Assembly (NCBI RefSeq): GCF_006345805.1
Contig: NC_042997.1
Span: 151,342,001 to 151,406,000, forward strand
Source: Octopus sinensis
Lineage: Eukaryota
Direction: 5' to 3'
DNA length: 64,000 nt
Part shown: one piece after another, positions 13,808 through 27,315 of the stretch
Numbering within the stretch: the first letter of the stretch is position 1
Layout: each line of letters opens with the position of its first letter
The notes under the pieces: model-generated
The model's database searches: none
Seen by the model: only the letters and a program-made list of their open reading frames with translations
What the model was told of the DNA's origin: nothing
Program-made: the position numbers and the translations under genes

Positions 13808-16800
13808 ACACACACATACACACACGCACCACTCACAATCGAACACACACAGACACACACATTCACACAAATGTGCGGACACAGGACTGTGGTAGGAGAC
13901 CCTTCCCCAACAGTCCGCGTTTTGAGACAACCTAAAGTCAAGTGGTTTGCGAAGCGAACCTCCTAACCATGCAACGATACCTCACCCTATAATGACAAAG
14001 GAAATACTGCAGAGAACAGCTAAAAATTAACAGGAGTGAATTTTGTGGTGAGGAAATAGCAATATTAGTTGCTTAATACTGTTTTGGTTCTTTCGGCAAG
14101 TATGCGGTCAATCTTATGATACGTTCAATATCTGTGTTACCACTCGACTCTACATAGCGAAATAGTAAGGGAAATATCGGTAAATGTACAATATTTACAT
14201 GTAAACATGAAAGACCAGAATTGTTGAGTGAGTTAATTAAACAGGGACACTAAACCTTGCCTCGCATATTTCCCCCAAAATTCCAAATACTATTTCTTTT
14301 TCTTTTTTTATCTCACACAAAGTTTGTTTCATATACCTTTTATTTTCATAGCACCCCGTTAAAAATGTTTACTATTATATAACTATTGTTTATCTTGCAG
14401 GTGGTTTCTCTATGTTATGTTCATGATAATTTGAGCTGAAGAAAGGAAGGATAAAGTTCACTAAACCTGTAAAAGAACAAAGAATACGAAGCTACCTCTA
14501 GAAATGTCGCGTACTCTGTGAAACGTCTCCGGAAATACAATGCCAAGTGCCTTCAATATTTTTATCTGATAACATCCAGTTATGACATTTAAGTCTCTTC
14601 TTTCATCGTATAAAAGGAATACATATGATTCCTTTGAACCTGATCGTCATTTGCATTAATAACCGTATATGACGTTGCACTCTTGATACTTTTTCTCAAA
14701 CTGATAACAATAATGATATATTTCGAGTGCTGTTTTGTATTTAATTTTTCATGTTTTTCGTGTTATGAATTTTTGCTTTAATCCTCACAATAATTATCAG
14801 CAATTATCTGATATGAAATAATATCTGAGAAATTAAATACCGTTTAATTACCAGTAATCATCAATAGCATTTAGCCAACAATAGATTATATTATAGCTAC
14901 CATATATCAAATCGAAAATAAATTCTGTTATTTTATAGAATTTATTTCTTTATTTACATTCATTTTGTGGAGAGTCTGAAAAGTTTCTTCTAACTAAAGC
15001 TAATTTTCGACTTTAAGGAATCCATTACAAAGCTTCAACACGCTGAAAAGCGTTTTATTCATCAATATGTTATCCATCAGTATGATTAATAAAATTTCGG
15101 TCGCATTTTTTACTATATCTTCTGAATTTTCAAAATTAAATCGTAATTATTTCGTAATTTCCACGTGGAAGATGGACGTTTTTCTTTTATATTATTCATC
15201 TCCAGAGACTTACAAAATGAAAACGAAACATTTTAGAACCGCTTAACACACTGTAATTCAAGACACAATTGAAAAGAAAGAATGGTTTCGGCTGGAATGT
15301 TTTGATCATAGTTTAATAATATTTTGCCTGTGTTGAGAAATAATGTGGTAAAAATAGTCAATTTCCTGAGCTGAATGCCTTACATTAACTAATTTTAATT
15401 TTCCAGGTGGAAAGTCGGATACACACCGTTGTTTTCTTTCATACTGTTTGATTGTATCAAATCAGTTGTTAGTCTCAAGATAATATGATTTAGTAATATA
15501 TATATCATGAGTTCGCTAATTGTTTTAGTAACCAATGTAGTTGAGAGCAGATATAGACACTCTCTCGAAACTTCGAACCATGATTCATTGGAATATATAG
15601 AGAGTGATATCTGGCACGAGTGAAGATTTCACCGGATGGACTTATTCATTTATTCAGCTTAAAGTTAGTAACGTGTAGTAATGTGAAATAAAGGGCTTTG
15701 CTGAGACATCACACCACCTTATTTCGAATCATATCCCCTAGAGGGTAAAATTACTACTTGGCCATACCGTCCTTCGCACAAGAGAAGGTATATAATCACA
15801 AATCAAACCCATACCCGCCAGAAAGTATTGTCTTGCAATTAAACACAAGACGCTGATAACATTTTGATATTTCCTAGATCAATTTAAACTTAGGCGTTAG
15901 CAGCAACCACAACAACAACGTCTATAGTTCACTTGTTCTCTACAAACGTTAAACTCCACCTCTTCCCCAAGGCAACTGATGTATTCAACATTGTGAATTT
16001 GTATTTACTGTTTGCCGACATATAACATCAATAGTTTCCAAAGAGTTCTACTGTTTCACTTCATAATTAGCATATTTTATTTTCTCTTTTATATCTTTTA
16101 TATCTTCCAACATATTTACATTCACTAATATTCCTACATAGATTAATTTCCATCGATGTTCCTTATAATTTAATGTTACTTAAACAAGCGAGGCAATATT
16201 CATAAAAGCTAACTTGTCGATTTGATTATTCAACTGAATACACTTAAAAGAAATTAACTTTAACTTATCAAAAAGAAAATTGTTAAATTCATATATTAGA
16301 TGAGATATTTCCATATCAGTTGTTTGTGCATATATCTCCTTTATACTTTGTGAAGTGCGTATGTCTGTGCGAGGAAATATATGAAACTGAGTGTGTGAAT
16401 GTATCGCTTATTTTCATCTACTTTTTGAATATACAGGTTGCTGTGTTTTCTAGATAGCACACTGAGCGAGCTATCTGCATAAAGCGATTGATTTTCACTG
16501 GCTGACCTCGTTTGTTCATTTGCGAAAGAACTAATGGATATTATGTGGTTGATAAAACCAAACATTTTGGAATAGATTCCCTCCGGAAAAATATTCGATC
16601 GCCATTAACACTACGCCATATATTTTACTACGCAAATAATGTAAATTTCTTTTATTATACTCATGCAACAGTGAAGTTTGTTTTCGATAAACAAAACTCT
16701 TTGTCACCATTACAGACTTATTATATCCACTAAATGTCGAAAAGATAGCATTAATAAAATGACTACTATTAAATTAAAACCAAAAAACATTATGGATGAG

Positions 16801-16835
16801 TGCAAGTACATATATATGTACACATGAATGCACAC

Positions 16836-16923
<88 letters not shown>

Positions 16924-16931
16924 TGTATGTT

Positions 16932-16975
<44 letters not shown>

Positions 16976-17074
16976 GTATAATATATATTTATGCATATGC
17001 ATATGTATATACTCGTCTATGAGTATGAGTGAGTCAGAAAAAAAAACAGTCACTTGCATATCTGTTCCTTTTTT

Positions 17075-17250
17075 TTCTCTTTTCCTGATTTGTCACTGAA
17101 CTGAAGCCACTCCTGTTGCACTACCTTGAGGGATACATTCGAACAAATCGGCCGCATCACTTAGTTGTTTTTAATTCTCTTACTATTTGATCGTTACCAA
17201 CACCAGTAGTCAAACGATGAGTATACAAATGCAAACACGACACAACCGTA
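17075..17250 (-). mobile_element. degenerate SINE family B 3' part
   Basis: Diverged reverse complement of the family B tail seen at 36350-36542. Confidence 0.45.
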
Positions 17251-17272
17251 CATAGATAAATATATATCTATA

Positions 17273-18707
17273 CATGGTGCGATAGGTAAATTGTCACCAT
17301 TTTATATTTCTAATTTCGCGCATACACATTGTTGGTTTTTGATTTCGTCGGCGACACAATATAGTTGGTTTAGTTAGGCACCGTCTGTGAGAACAACAGC
17401 ACCATGACGCAATTCACTCTACCAGAAATTTGGTATAGACATGCTGTACTGCTTGGCATTCACTCCGGAAGCTCCAATACGAACAATTCAGAGTGTTTGT
17501 GTGTCAATTTGAGGATAGTTCAGAGGATTCAGAAAGACTTGGATGAGTCTAATAGCGGTTACAGAAGTACTGCAGCTCGAAAAACACACCCTGATCGTTC
17601 TGAGAAGAAAAGAATTTGTTGGTAAGATCCAGGCCATGATTCACAACGATGCCTCCAAGTCAATCAGGGTCCATCACCAGGGATTTGGAGTGTCTGAGTT
17701 TCTTATCAAGCAAGTAGTGCATGAAGACATTTGGTATTCCTCATACAAGGTGAGGCCAATTTTTATCCCAGCCATCAAGTAACAAGAGGTAAAACCGGGC
17801 TACGAAGCTTTTGAACAAATTCAACCATCTCCTCCAATCACAGACAAGAAAACTTTCTGTCGTGTCTCCAAAACATGTACCAAGAGTGATAGAAATCGAG
17901 CATCCAGTCAATATCATGGTGTTTGGAGTGATGGTGATTTTATGCCTCCATTCATCTTCCCACACGGCTTCAGACACAACACGGAGACTTACATCAAGTG
18001 CCTGGAGAATGTAGTGCTGCCCTGAGTCAAGAGGGTGGCTGCTGGATGAGCCTTTGTCTGGCAACAGAACTCGGTACCATGCCAAGGCGGCGATCTGGCA
18101 GAACCGTTAGCACGCCGGGCGAAATGCTCAGCGGTATTTCGCCTGAGGGTACGTTCTGAGTTCAAATTCCGCCGAGGTTGACTTTGCCTTTCATCCTTTC
18201 GGGGTCGATTAAATAAGTACCAGTTATGCACTGGAGTCGATATAATCGACTTAATCCGTTTGTCTATCCTTGTTTGTCCTCTCTGTGTTTAGCCCTTTGT
18301 GGGTAGTAAAGAAATAGGTACCATGCCACAGGAGAAAAAAGTTGTGGCGGCCAGACAATTTCTGTGACCAAAACAGCCCTAACATTTGGCCAGCTAACTT
18401 CCCAGACTGCAGCCACCTTGATTATTATGTGTGGTGCGCAGTTGAGCGAGAAACTAGTAAAATTCCTTGAAACACCAACAGGATTATAACAGCAATCACA
18501 AACTTCAAACAAGAAAACCGCTCAGGAGTGGCAGGAGATTCTGAAGTTGTCTGGAGGCTGTGGTTGAGGCCAATGGTGATTTTATTGAATAAATTTACTC
18601 TTAAGTATTTCAAGATACTTTTATGTAATTTTGGTAAATATATCTGTAAAATGACTGTTATTTCCATTTTTGCGTAATTTAGAGGACAATTCATTCACCG
18701 CACCCTG
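17273..18707 (+). mobile_element. Tc1/mariner-superfamily transposon, maT/DD37D-like, pseudogenised
   Basis: TA-flanked imperfect TIRs (catggtgcgatag...aattgtc / rc cagggtgcggtgaatgaattgtc). Frameshifted transposase with HPVNIMVFGV and WPANFPDCSHLDYYVW motifs. Interrupted by a SINE. Confidence 0.85.
18085..18316 (+). mobile_element. full-length young SINE family A with 12-bp TSD
   Basis: Head aggcggcgatctggcag, B-box gagttcaaattcc, tail aaagaaata. TSD GGTACCATGCCA at 18073-18084 and 18317-18328. Confidence 0.95.
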
Positions 18708-18720
18708 TATATATATATAC

Positions 18721-18908
18721 ACGAGTAGTTGCGGAAGTGTTTCTGACTTTAATAGTATTGTGAAACGCCGGATTGGAGTTCTTGTAGTGAAGGAGCGCTG
18801 CAATAAGGCTGTGAATCTGAGAGGGAAATACGTTTCATGAAATCATAATTAACTAATCCCCCTGTATTTCCATTTACGCAAAGCCAAGAACTTTTCAGCA
18901 CGCCTTCG
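18721..18908 (+). mobile_element. mariner 3' end fragment
   Basis: Ends aagaacttttcagcacgccttcg|ta, a mariner-type TIR. C-terminal transposase remnant upstream. Confidence 0.55.
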
Positions 18909-19549
18909 TATATATGGTATATATTTGGATATGAAATTTACAATACAAAAGGAAGATATTAACTTTACTTGGGTTTGTAAAAATGTCAAGGAAACTTACT
19001 ACTTTCGTTTTTTTCTATTTTTTCCCCGTATATTATCAACGTACATAATCAATAAATTCTGACATTATCTATTGTCATTTTTATGGGGGTTATAGGAAAG
19101 TAGATATTAATAAAAGTATTGGAGGTTGTGGGGGTGATGGCTGGTTGGCAGTTGTTGATATTAATAGTAATAAAGATGGAAAGGATTAAAAATGTTCTAG
19201 ATAGCAATTCTGCGTATAATAGTGACTATTATGTGCGATGGCGGACGTGATAGTCGTCTTCGTAATTTTGAAGATGGCCGTAATATTATTACATGTAATA
19301 ACAATATCAATAACTACATTATCTTCAGTATTAGTAAGTGTATTGTTAATAATACTTACATTAATACTAAGAGTGTCCAATGCCATTGAGAAAAACTATA
19401 TTGAATGTAAATAATTAAATGATAATATAAAATGTAAGTAATATAATACTTGAAAAATACGTAATATATGTCGTAATATAAATGTTATTACGAGTAATAT
19501 ATTGGCGATTGTAGTATAATGTTATTAGTTATAATGGTTTTATTTTTTG

Positions 19550-19745
19550 GCACAAGATCAGCAATTTTAGAAAAGGGGGCTAGTCGATTACAACGACCCC
19601 GTTGCTCGATTGGTACTTATCTTATCGACTCCGAAAGGATGAAATGTCGACATTAGAGGAGTTTAAACTCAGAACGTAAAGACACATGAAATGCCTCTAA
19701 GTCTATTGCCCAGCGTAATAACGATTCTGCAAGCTCCCCACGTTA
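19550..19745 (-). mobile_element. older SINE family A variant
   Basis: Reverse complement of the family A core (tcgactccgaaaggatgaaa...aactcagaacgtaaa). Confidence 0.7.
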
Positions 19746-19811
19746 ATGGTATTATTATTCATAATAATAATAATAATAATCATAATAATAATAATAATAA
19801 TAATAATAAAG

Positions 19812-20145
19812 TAAGTAAGTAAAGACCCCCTTCGGTCATGAGTGACCATGGGTTTGCACCTGGAGAGTTACCCTCTGAGGCACAAGTCTGGGCAAGGTTG
19901 GTTTATGGAAGACCAGTAGTCGCCCATGCATACCGGCCTCCACTCTCCACGCCACCAGTGTTATCCAAGGGAAAGATAAAGGTCGATACAGCTTGGCACC
20001 TGTGACGTCGCAACTCATTTCTACAGCTGAGTGAACTGGAGCAACGTGAAATAAAGTGTCTTGCTCAAGAACACAACACGCAGCCCGGTCCGGGATTCGA
20101 GCTCACAACCTCACGATCGTAAGCTCGACGCTCTAACCACTGAGC
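19812..20145 (-). mobile_element. full-length tRNA-derived SINE family C
   Basis: Minus-strand head gctcagtggttagagcgtcg...gagctcgaatccc (A/B boxes), central tgtgttcttgagcaagacact domain, tttac-type tail. A homologue lies at 31843-32140. Confidence 0.85.
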
Positions 20146-20216
20146 GTCGAGCTTACGACGCTCAGTGGTTAGAGCGTCGAGCTTACGATCGTGAGGTTGT
20201 GAGCTCGAATCCCGGA
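20089..20216. repeat. perfect 61-bp inverted repeat (fold-back of SINE head)
   Basis: 20089-20149 is the exact reverse complement of 20156-20216, with a 6-nt loop. Confidence 0.95.
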
Positions 20217-20217
20217 C

Positions 20218-20278
<61 letters not shown>

Positions 20279-20279
20279 G

Positions 20280-20370
<91 letters not shown>

Positions 20371-20382
20371 TAATAATAATAA

Positions 20383-20413
<31 letters not shown>

Positions 20414-20455
20414 AAGAAGAAGAAGAAGAAGAAGAAGGAGAAGAAGAAGAAGAAT
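20217..20455. repeat. compound trinucleotide microsatellite (AAT)n-(GAT)n-(AAT)n-(AAG)n
   Basis: Directly visible. Confidence 0.95.
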
Positions 20456-21130
20456 TTTGGCACAAGGCTAGCAGTTTAAGGGACAGGCTTTATGCCAGTT
20501 AGATCGACTCAAGTATTCAACTAGATTTTATCTTATCGATTCCTAAAAGATGAAAGGCGAACTCGGCCTGGGCGGAATTTGATCTCAGTGCGTAAAGACG
20601 GACGAAATGCCGCTAAACATTTTGCCCGACACGGGTAACGTTTCAACCAGCTCGCTAACTTGATATTGGTAATAATAATGATGGTGTTAATAATCCTTTC
20701 TACTAAAAACACAAGGCTGAAATCTCGTGGTGGGGGAGACTTGTCAGTTACATCAACGGCAGTGTTTAATTCGTAATTAATCTATCGACCACGAAAGGAT
20801 GAAAGGTAAAGTCGACTTCGGCGGGATCTGAATTCAGAATGTAAAGATAGATGAAATACCGCTAAGCATATTCCCGTCTTGGTAACTATTCAAACCTTGA
20901 TAATGAGGATAATAATGATTGTGGTAATAATCGTGTCAAATTTTGGCACAAGGTCAGCCATTTTGGAGGATGGGATGAGTTCAGTAAATCGACTCCAGTG
21001 TTAAACTAGTGCTTATTTTATTAACCCTGAAAGGATAAAAGGTAAAGTCGACCTCGGCGGAATTTGATCTCAGAATGTAAAAACGGACGAAATACCGATA
21101 AGCATTTCGTCCAGCGCCTTAACGATTATG
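20455..21130 (-). mobile_element. cluster of three older SINE family A variants, same orientation
   Basis: Three recurrences of aaaggatgaaagg(c/t)aaagtcgac...cggcggaattt...tcagaatgtaaa, separated by AAT-rich spacers. Confidence 0.75.
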
Positions 21131-21780
21131 ATAATAATGCTGATGTATCGTTCTTGGTGTTAGTGATACTTTTATCAGTAATACCTAGTGTTCTATAAGT
21201 GGGGAAACTATATATGTTTTGGCTGTGTTAAATTTATTTACTAATATATATATTTACTATATTTACTAATACTGAACTATTTGCCATATCAAGTAAAAGT
21301 GCGCAATAATATACAGTATATAGTGCTTTATGTTATATCATTTTACAATACTCCTAGCGTATCCATTGTAGCCACAATGATCCTCATATTTTTTTCTTGC
21401 AATGCTACTTTCAACTTTTTTTATTGTCCCTAATGTAGGAGATTCTATAAGTTTTGTGCCTGAAAGATGTTACGTTCTCCGAATTATATGTGAATGTTCT
21501 GTTTTTGAAAGGAAACATTTGTTTTGCATTTTCGGTGCTTAGTTTACATAGCAATATTTTGTTCTTATTTGTGTGGCTCTAAGAGCTGTCATTCCTGAGT
21601 ATATTCTATCTATTGCAAAATGCCTTTATTATAATTAGTATTAGAAACTCGTTGTAAAATTCTTGCAATATTTCTCTCGGCATTTATGCCTGAGATCAAA
21701 TTCGACCCACGTAAACTTTGTATTTAAACAATTGCATTCACAAAAATAACTAAAGTATTATCACTAGTGTTGTTGTCATA

Positions 21781-21819
<39 letters not shown>

Positions 21820-22489
21820 ATTATTATTATTATTATTATTATTAACATTAACATTGTTGTTGTTGTTATCGGCGTTAAGTACTAGTACTAATATTTACAA
21901 GATATCTCAGTCAATGATATTAATACATATATACCATTGTTATCCAAATTGCTACTGATACTTTCAGGCTTGTATCGTTATCGACAATGCTAGTCATAAT
22001 GATAATTATGTAGTCAACGATACAATTGTTGTTGCAATCAACGCTAATTGTATAACAATCAGTAACCATCATCACAATATATATCTTTACTACTATGAAT
22101 AGAACTGTTTCCAGATTACTAACAATGTTATTATCAACATCTACCAGACACTACGATTAACTTCACTGCCATCACGAATAACATATATATAATCACCATA
22201 TATACAACAACAGTTACCGAAGAGAGCTTCAACCGCAACAAAATGAAAACAGTTATCTCCCTTGACAAATTTACAAAATCAATTAATGGTAATATCATTA
22301 TTTCGTATAGTAAGCTGATAGGATAAAATATTTATTTTCAGTTTCATCTTGATATTCACTGTTGTGTATCGTTAGAGTATTATTACTTGATATGAATTAT
22401 TTGAAATTTGGTTAAGAGGTGGCAATAATTTTTTAGATATATATACAAAAATAAGGCTTTAAAATATTTATTCCATGTATCGGCAGAAG

Positions 22490-22665
22490 ACCAGTAAGGG
22501 AAGGGTATGGGGTCAGTCAATTACTTGACCCCAGTGCTAAGTCTATCGATCCCGAAAGGAAGAAAGACAAAACGGGATTTGAACTCACAATGCAATAATG
22601 GAAGATATACCGCTAAGCATGTTGCCCAGCGTGCTAACGATCTTGCCAGCACGGCGTCTTACGAC
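22490..22665 (-). mobile_element. degenerate SINE family A variant
   Basis: Motifs cgatcccgaaagga, gggatttgaactcac and taccgctaagcat. Confidence 0.6.
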
Positions 22666-22852
22666 TTTCAAATATTAAAGTTAACAATATTCAGACATAC
22701 ATACATATGTACATACATACATACATATGTACATACATACATATATACATACATACATACATAAATACATACATACGTACATATATACAACATACATACA
22801 TATATACATATATATATATATACATATAAATATATATACATATATTTATACA

Positions 22853-22934
<82 letters not shown>

Positions 22935-22937
<3 letters not shown>

Positions 22938-24497
22938 GAAAGAAGGTTTGAAAATGCAATTTAAAAGATGTTTATTTACTTTACCGGTTTCACTCTTTGG
23001 AAAAAGATTGTCAAAAGTAACATGTGGAAGTTTGGTTGCGTTAATTATTGGTTGTTGCAAATTGCTACATTACATATATATATATATACAGTCTTTGGTA
23101 ACAGGGACATGTTAAGGACATAAAAAAGTTCAACAAGTTCCTTAAAATATTGGGCAAAAAAGATTACATAAATAATCTTTCTCAAGGACATACTTAACAT
23201 AGTTTCCAGAAGGAATTGATATTGGTACTGTATCTGTATATTCAAACATGCACAGAATATTGGTTGACACAGAGTACTATAATCCATATAAATATACAGT
23301 CTTTGGTGACAACAGTATGTTGAAAATATAAAAAAGTTTAACAAGCTCATTGAAAAAATGGGCAGAAAAGATTAAAACAAATATATTATACATCTCAGGG
23401 TAATTTCCAGGAGGAATTATTAAAAAAAGTTCAGTATACACATACAGAATATTATGAGTTCAAAAAGATTTACATTATTGTAGTGGTGAGGTTGTCACTA
23501 ACCTGTCCGTTTTAGCAGAAATGTGGAATTGAAAGGAATGTACCCGTTTTTTTTTTCTTTTTTTGGCTCTCCTTCAAGCATCAATGATTTTGGGGTTAGG
23601 ATGAGGTGAGTATGTGTGTCTCTGTGTGTATGTATGTGTGCATACATATACATGTGGTGTGAATAGATGTGTCTGTGTGTCTGTAGTATTTGGTCGGATG
23701 GTGTCTGTTTGTCAACCGCGTGTGTGGTTGTCATGGTGTTGTGTGTGTGGGTGGGGGAGTGTACGCATGCATGTGTGCTGATGGTATGTATGTGTGCGTA
23801 TGTATGTGTGCGTACACACAGAGACACACATACTCACCTCATCCTAACCCCAACATATTTGATGCTTGAAGGAGAGCCAAAAAAAGAAAAAAAAACCGGT
23901 ACATTCTTTTCAATTCCACATTTCTGCTAAAACGGACAGGTTAGTGACAACCTCACCACTACAATAATGTAAATCTTTTTGAACTCATAATATTCTGTAT
24001 GTGTATACTGAACTTTTTTTAATAATTCCTCCTGGAAATTACCCTGAGGTATTTGTTTTAATCTTTTCTGCCCATTTTTTCAATGAGCTTGTTAATTTTT
24101 TTTATATTCTCAACATACTGTTGTCACCAAAACTGTATATTTATATGGATTATAGTACTCTGTGTCAACCAATATTCTGTGCATGTTTGAATATACAGAT
24201 ACAGTACCAATATCAATTCCTTCTGCAAACTATCTTAAGTATGTCCTTGAGAACGATTATTTATGTAATCTTTTTTGCCCAATATTTTAAGGAACTTGTT
24301 GAACTTTTTTATGTCCTTAACATGTCCCTGTTACCAAAGACTGTATATATATATATATGTAATGTAGCAATTTGCAACAACCAATAATTAACGCAACCAA
24401 ACTTCCACATGTTACTTTTGACAATCTTTTTCCAAAGAGTGAAACCGGTAAAGTAAATAAACATCTTTTAAATTGCATTTTCAAACCTTCTTTCGTA
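22935..24497. repeat. long inverted repeat / foldback element (arms 22935-23630 and 23813-24497, ~180-bp spacer)
   Basis: Arms are reverse complements with only scattered substitutions and one ~10-bp indel. Each arm contains two diverged ~208-bp internal subrepeats. Confidence 0.95.
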
Positions 24498-24537
24498 TAT
24501 AATTCCACTCGTGCGGTACCCCACAACTCCACTTTGT

Positions 24538-24591
<54 letters not shown>

Positions 24592-24639
24592 TTCATAGAT
24601 TTAGTTGATACATAAAAATGAAACGGCATTTCACAGTAT

Positions 24640-26332
24640 GACTCGACGGTCAGATTCGTGGTAATGTGCCAATATGCCCGATATCAATTTTGAAAGATAG
24701 GGAAAACTGTGTATGTGGAGTTAGTGAAGCGGGAAACTTAAGCTGCCGATGGAAAACCTTTTCTGGTTAGTAAATCTAGGTTGAAAATTTTAAGAAAACT
24801 TTGAACTTGCACAACATAAACATCAACATAAACATCACTGATAAATCGAGCAATGCTGAATCAAATGCTACGATTAATCATACCTTGAAACTGTAAACAA
24901 TTATATATATATATATATGATAAAATTAAAACATACCTAGAGGGTAATACACATTAAAGGCAATAAAAATGTAGTTGAAACTGTACTTCTAGAATCGCGT
25001 GCTCTTGAATAAAAATTAAGACTAGGATTTAAAGTTTCTAGAAATCCCCTGATATTTCCAGAAAATCCTCGGGTATCACCCGAAAGTGTAAGGGGTTGTA
25101 AGATACGCGACGCTTAATTTACCTATTACTTAATGTTTAAATAAGAAGGTATTGATTCATGATCGTTTTAAAGAATGGTTGACAAATATTCTTTGTTCTG
25201 TTGTGGAAAGCAACATTGCCGGATATAATATATCCAAGGAAACAGTAGTATTTTTTGACAATGCATCAAGCCTTCCAGTAAGCTTACATGTGGGAGTAGA
25301 AAATATTCTCAAATATAAATTCTTGACTCCAACAAATGAATCAAAGCGTGATGACTAAATTCAAAGGAAATTATTTAACAACATATGAAAGCAATTGACT
25401 GGGAAGATAAACCTGTGTTAGGGATATTATCGATAATAGCGACAGCATAACTAAACCATGGAATGAAGTAAAGCCCTCAACTCTGAACTGTGTTTAGTAA
25501 AACATACAGCTACACACTATCCGTAAGTTAACTCGTTTTCCACACGCAGAAAGTCTCATCAAATATGGTAAATTAGAGTGACAAGGTAATTGTCATTGAA
25601 GGAGTCATGGAGTATGTAGTTTTCGAATGAGAAAATTTATCTAACTGGTTGCTGTGACTGTTGAAACAAAAGCAAGTGGAGAATACGAATGAGAATACGG
25701 AAATCCCATCAAATTCCACTTAAATTGACAGCAATGGATATAGCCAAAGGTTGTCACATATGGAGAAAAGAATACAAGTTTTTGCTGATAACAACACATT
25801 TAGTGAATATAACAAACGTTACAAAAGAAATTTACAATGAGCTGTCTTTACAATGAGCTGTACAAAGAAATGAGGCGACATAAACATCAAACAATTTTGG
25901 ATAGATACCCCTGTGAAGTTATTCATGATAATGATGAAGTATTAGAAGAATGTTTGTCATCCTTCCAGTAACTCTCGTTCCATGACTATCTTTCACACAT
26001 CAGTCAACTTCTTTTGTGGAAAGAACACACCCTATTAAGATATGAGGATTCTTATCTATTCCTCAATGTATTTCTCTTGAAATGTTTTTATGTGAGCATT
26101 TTATACCGTGTGTGCTTAGAAACAGTTAGTCTCATGCATAAAAGCTGACATGCTGCTTGTTTGTTTTATACCTTTTTCTTTGTTATGTTTTCTAAAGCAT
26201 CTACTGCAAATCTTTCTCATTGGATAATTTGAAAACCAATGAGAAAATTCGCTCCCCGTAACAGGGTTACTACGTCACGACAAGATTATCATGAATTATT
26301 TACTTCCGTATCCCGGCGTTTTCCTGTAATTA
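24640..26332 (+). mobile_element. highly degenerate pogo/Tigger-like transposon
   Basis: Remnant peptides VENFKKTLNLHNI (CENP-B-type HTH region) and FKEWLTNILCSVV...VVFFDNASSLP (DDE region). The right end reads ttttcctg|ta. Confidence 0.65.
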
Positions 26333-27049
26333 TACTCAATACTAAGCATCAAACATGTTTAAAGGCACATACATTCAAATATATGTATATATTTACAAGT
26401 GTTTTAAGCTTTAAAGTGTGTATGTATTAGTGAATGTACATACATGCATTCGATTGTATGTGTTTATGTGTTTGTGTGTCTGTGGGTGAGTGTGTGTCTG
26501 TGTGTGTGTTTGTGTGTGTTCAAGAGCGTTGCTACGTTCACCATTTGAAGTCTACTATATTTTTTTAACAGATTATCAGAATATTTTCTCCAAAATATAG
26601 ACTTTATTTTGTTCAAAGCGGTTGCACCGTCCTCTTCTTAAAATTTAATTCAATTCTACTAAAATCCTTTGCCATGGCAACAAGAAAGTTCTTTTGTATA
26701 AATATCGAATTCTATGCTTCAACTTGTATACTTTTCAAAACATTCTGATTCATGCCCTTCATTTGCGTTTCTTTTCTCCTTGCCACTTCTTTGAAGTTCT
26801 TTGTAATCTATTCGTTTTGTGTCTTTCGCCTTTTATTTTAACAGATATTACACTAACCCACGCCGTCAGCTCAGCTTCATCAGTCTCTTTGTTACATTAA
26901 TTTTATGTATCTAATGATCTTTTATTCTCCCTTTTTAAATTTAGTGTATGGAGGAATGTACGTACACATTCAAACATACAAATATACATATATATACATA
27001 TATATGTGGGGAGGGGGGGCGTGTGTGTGTGTTTGCGTGTCTGTATATA

Positions 27050-27090
<41 letters not shown>

Positions 27091-27149
27091 TATGTATGTA
27101 TACATGTATATATATATATGTATGTATATATATATATATATAAATATAC

Positions 27150-27182
<33 letters not shown>

Positions 27183-27277
27183 ATATATATGTATATATTC
27201 ATGCATGTATGTAGGTATATAATTACACACGCACACACATATATATATGTAATTATATACCTACATACATACACGAA

Positions 27278-27315
<38 letters not shown>

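Noticed and set aside
20146-20216. tRNA gene calls for SINE heads (also 18085, 36151, 59238)
   Set aside because: A/B boxes are present but no complete cloverleaf or acceptor stem, and each continues into a SINE body.
24001-24387. 128-aa hydrophobic ORF (and its mirror at 23045-23350)
   Set aside because: It lies inside the foldback arm, is AT-rich low-information sequence, and the mirror copy is disrupted by indels. No recognisable domain.
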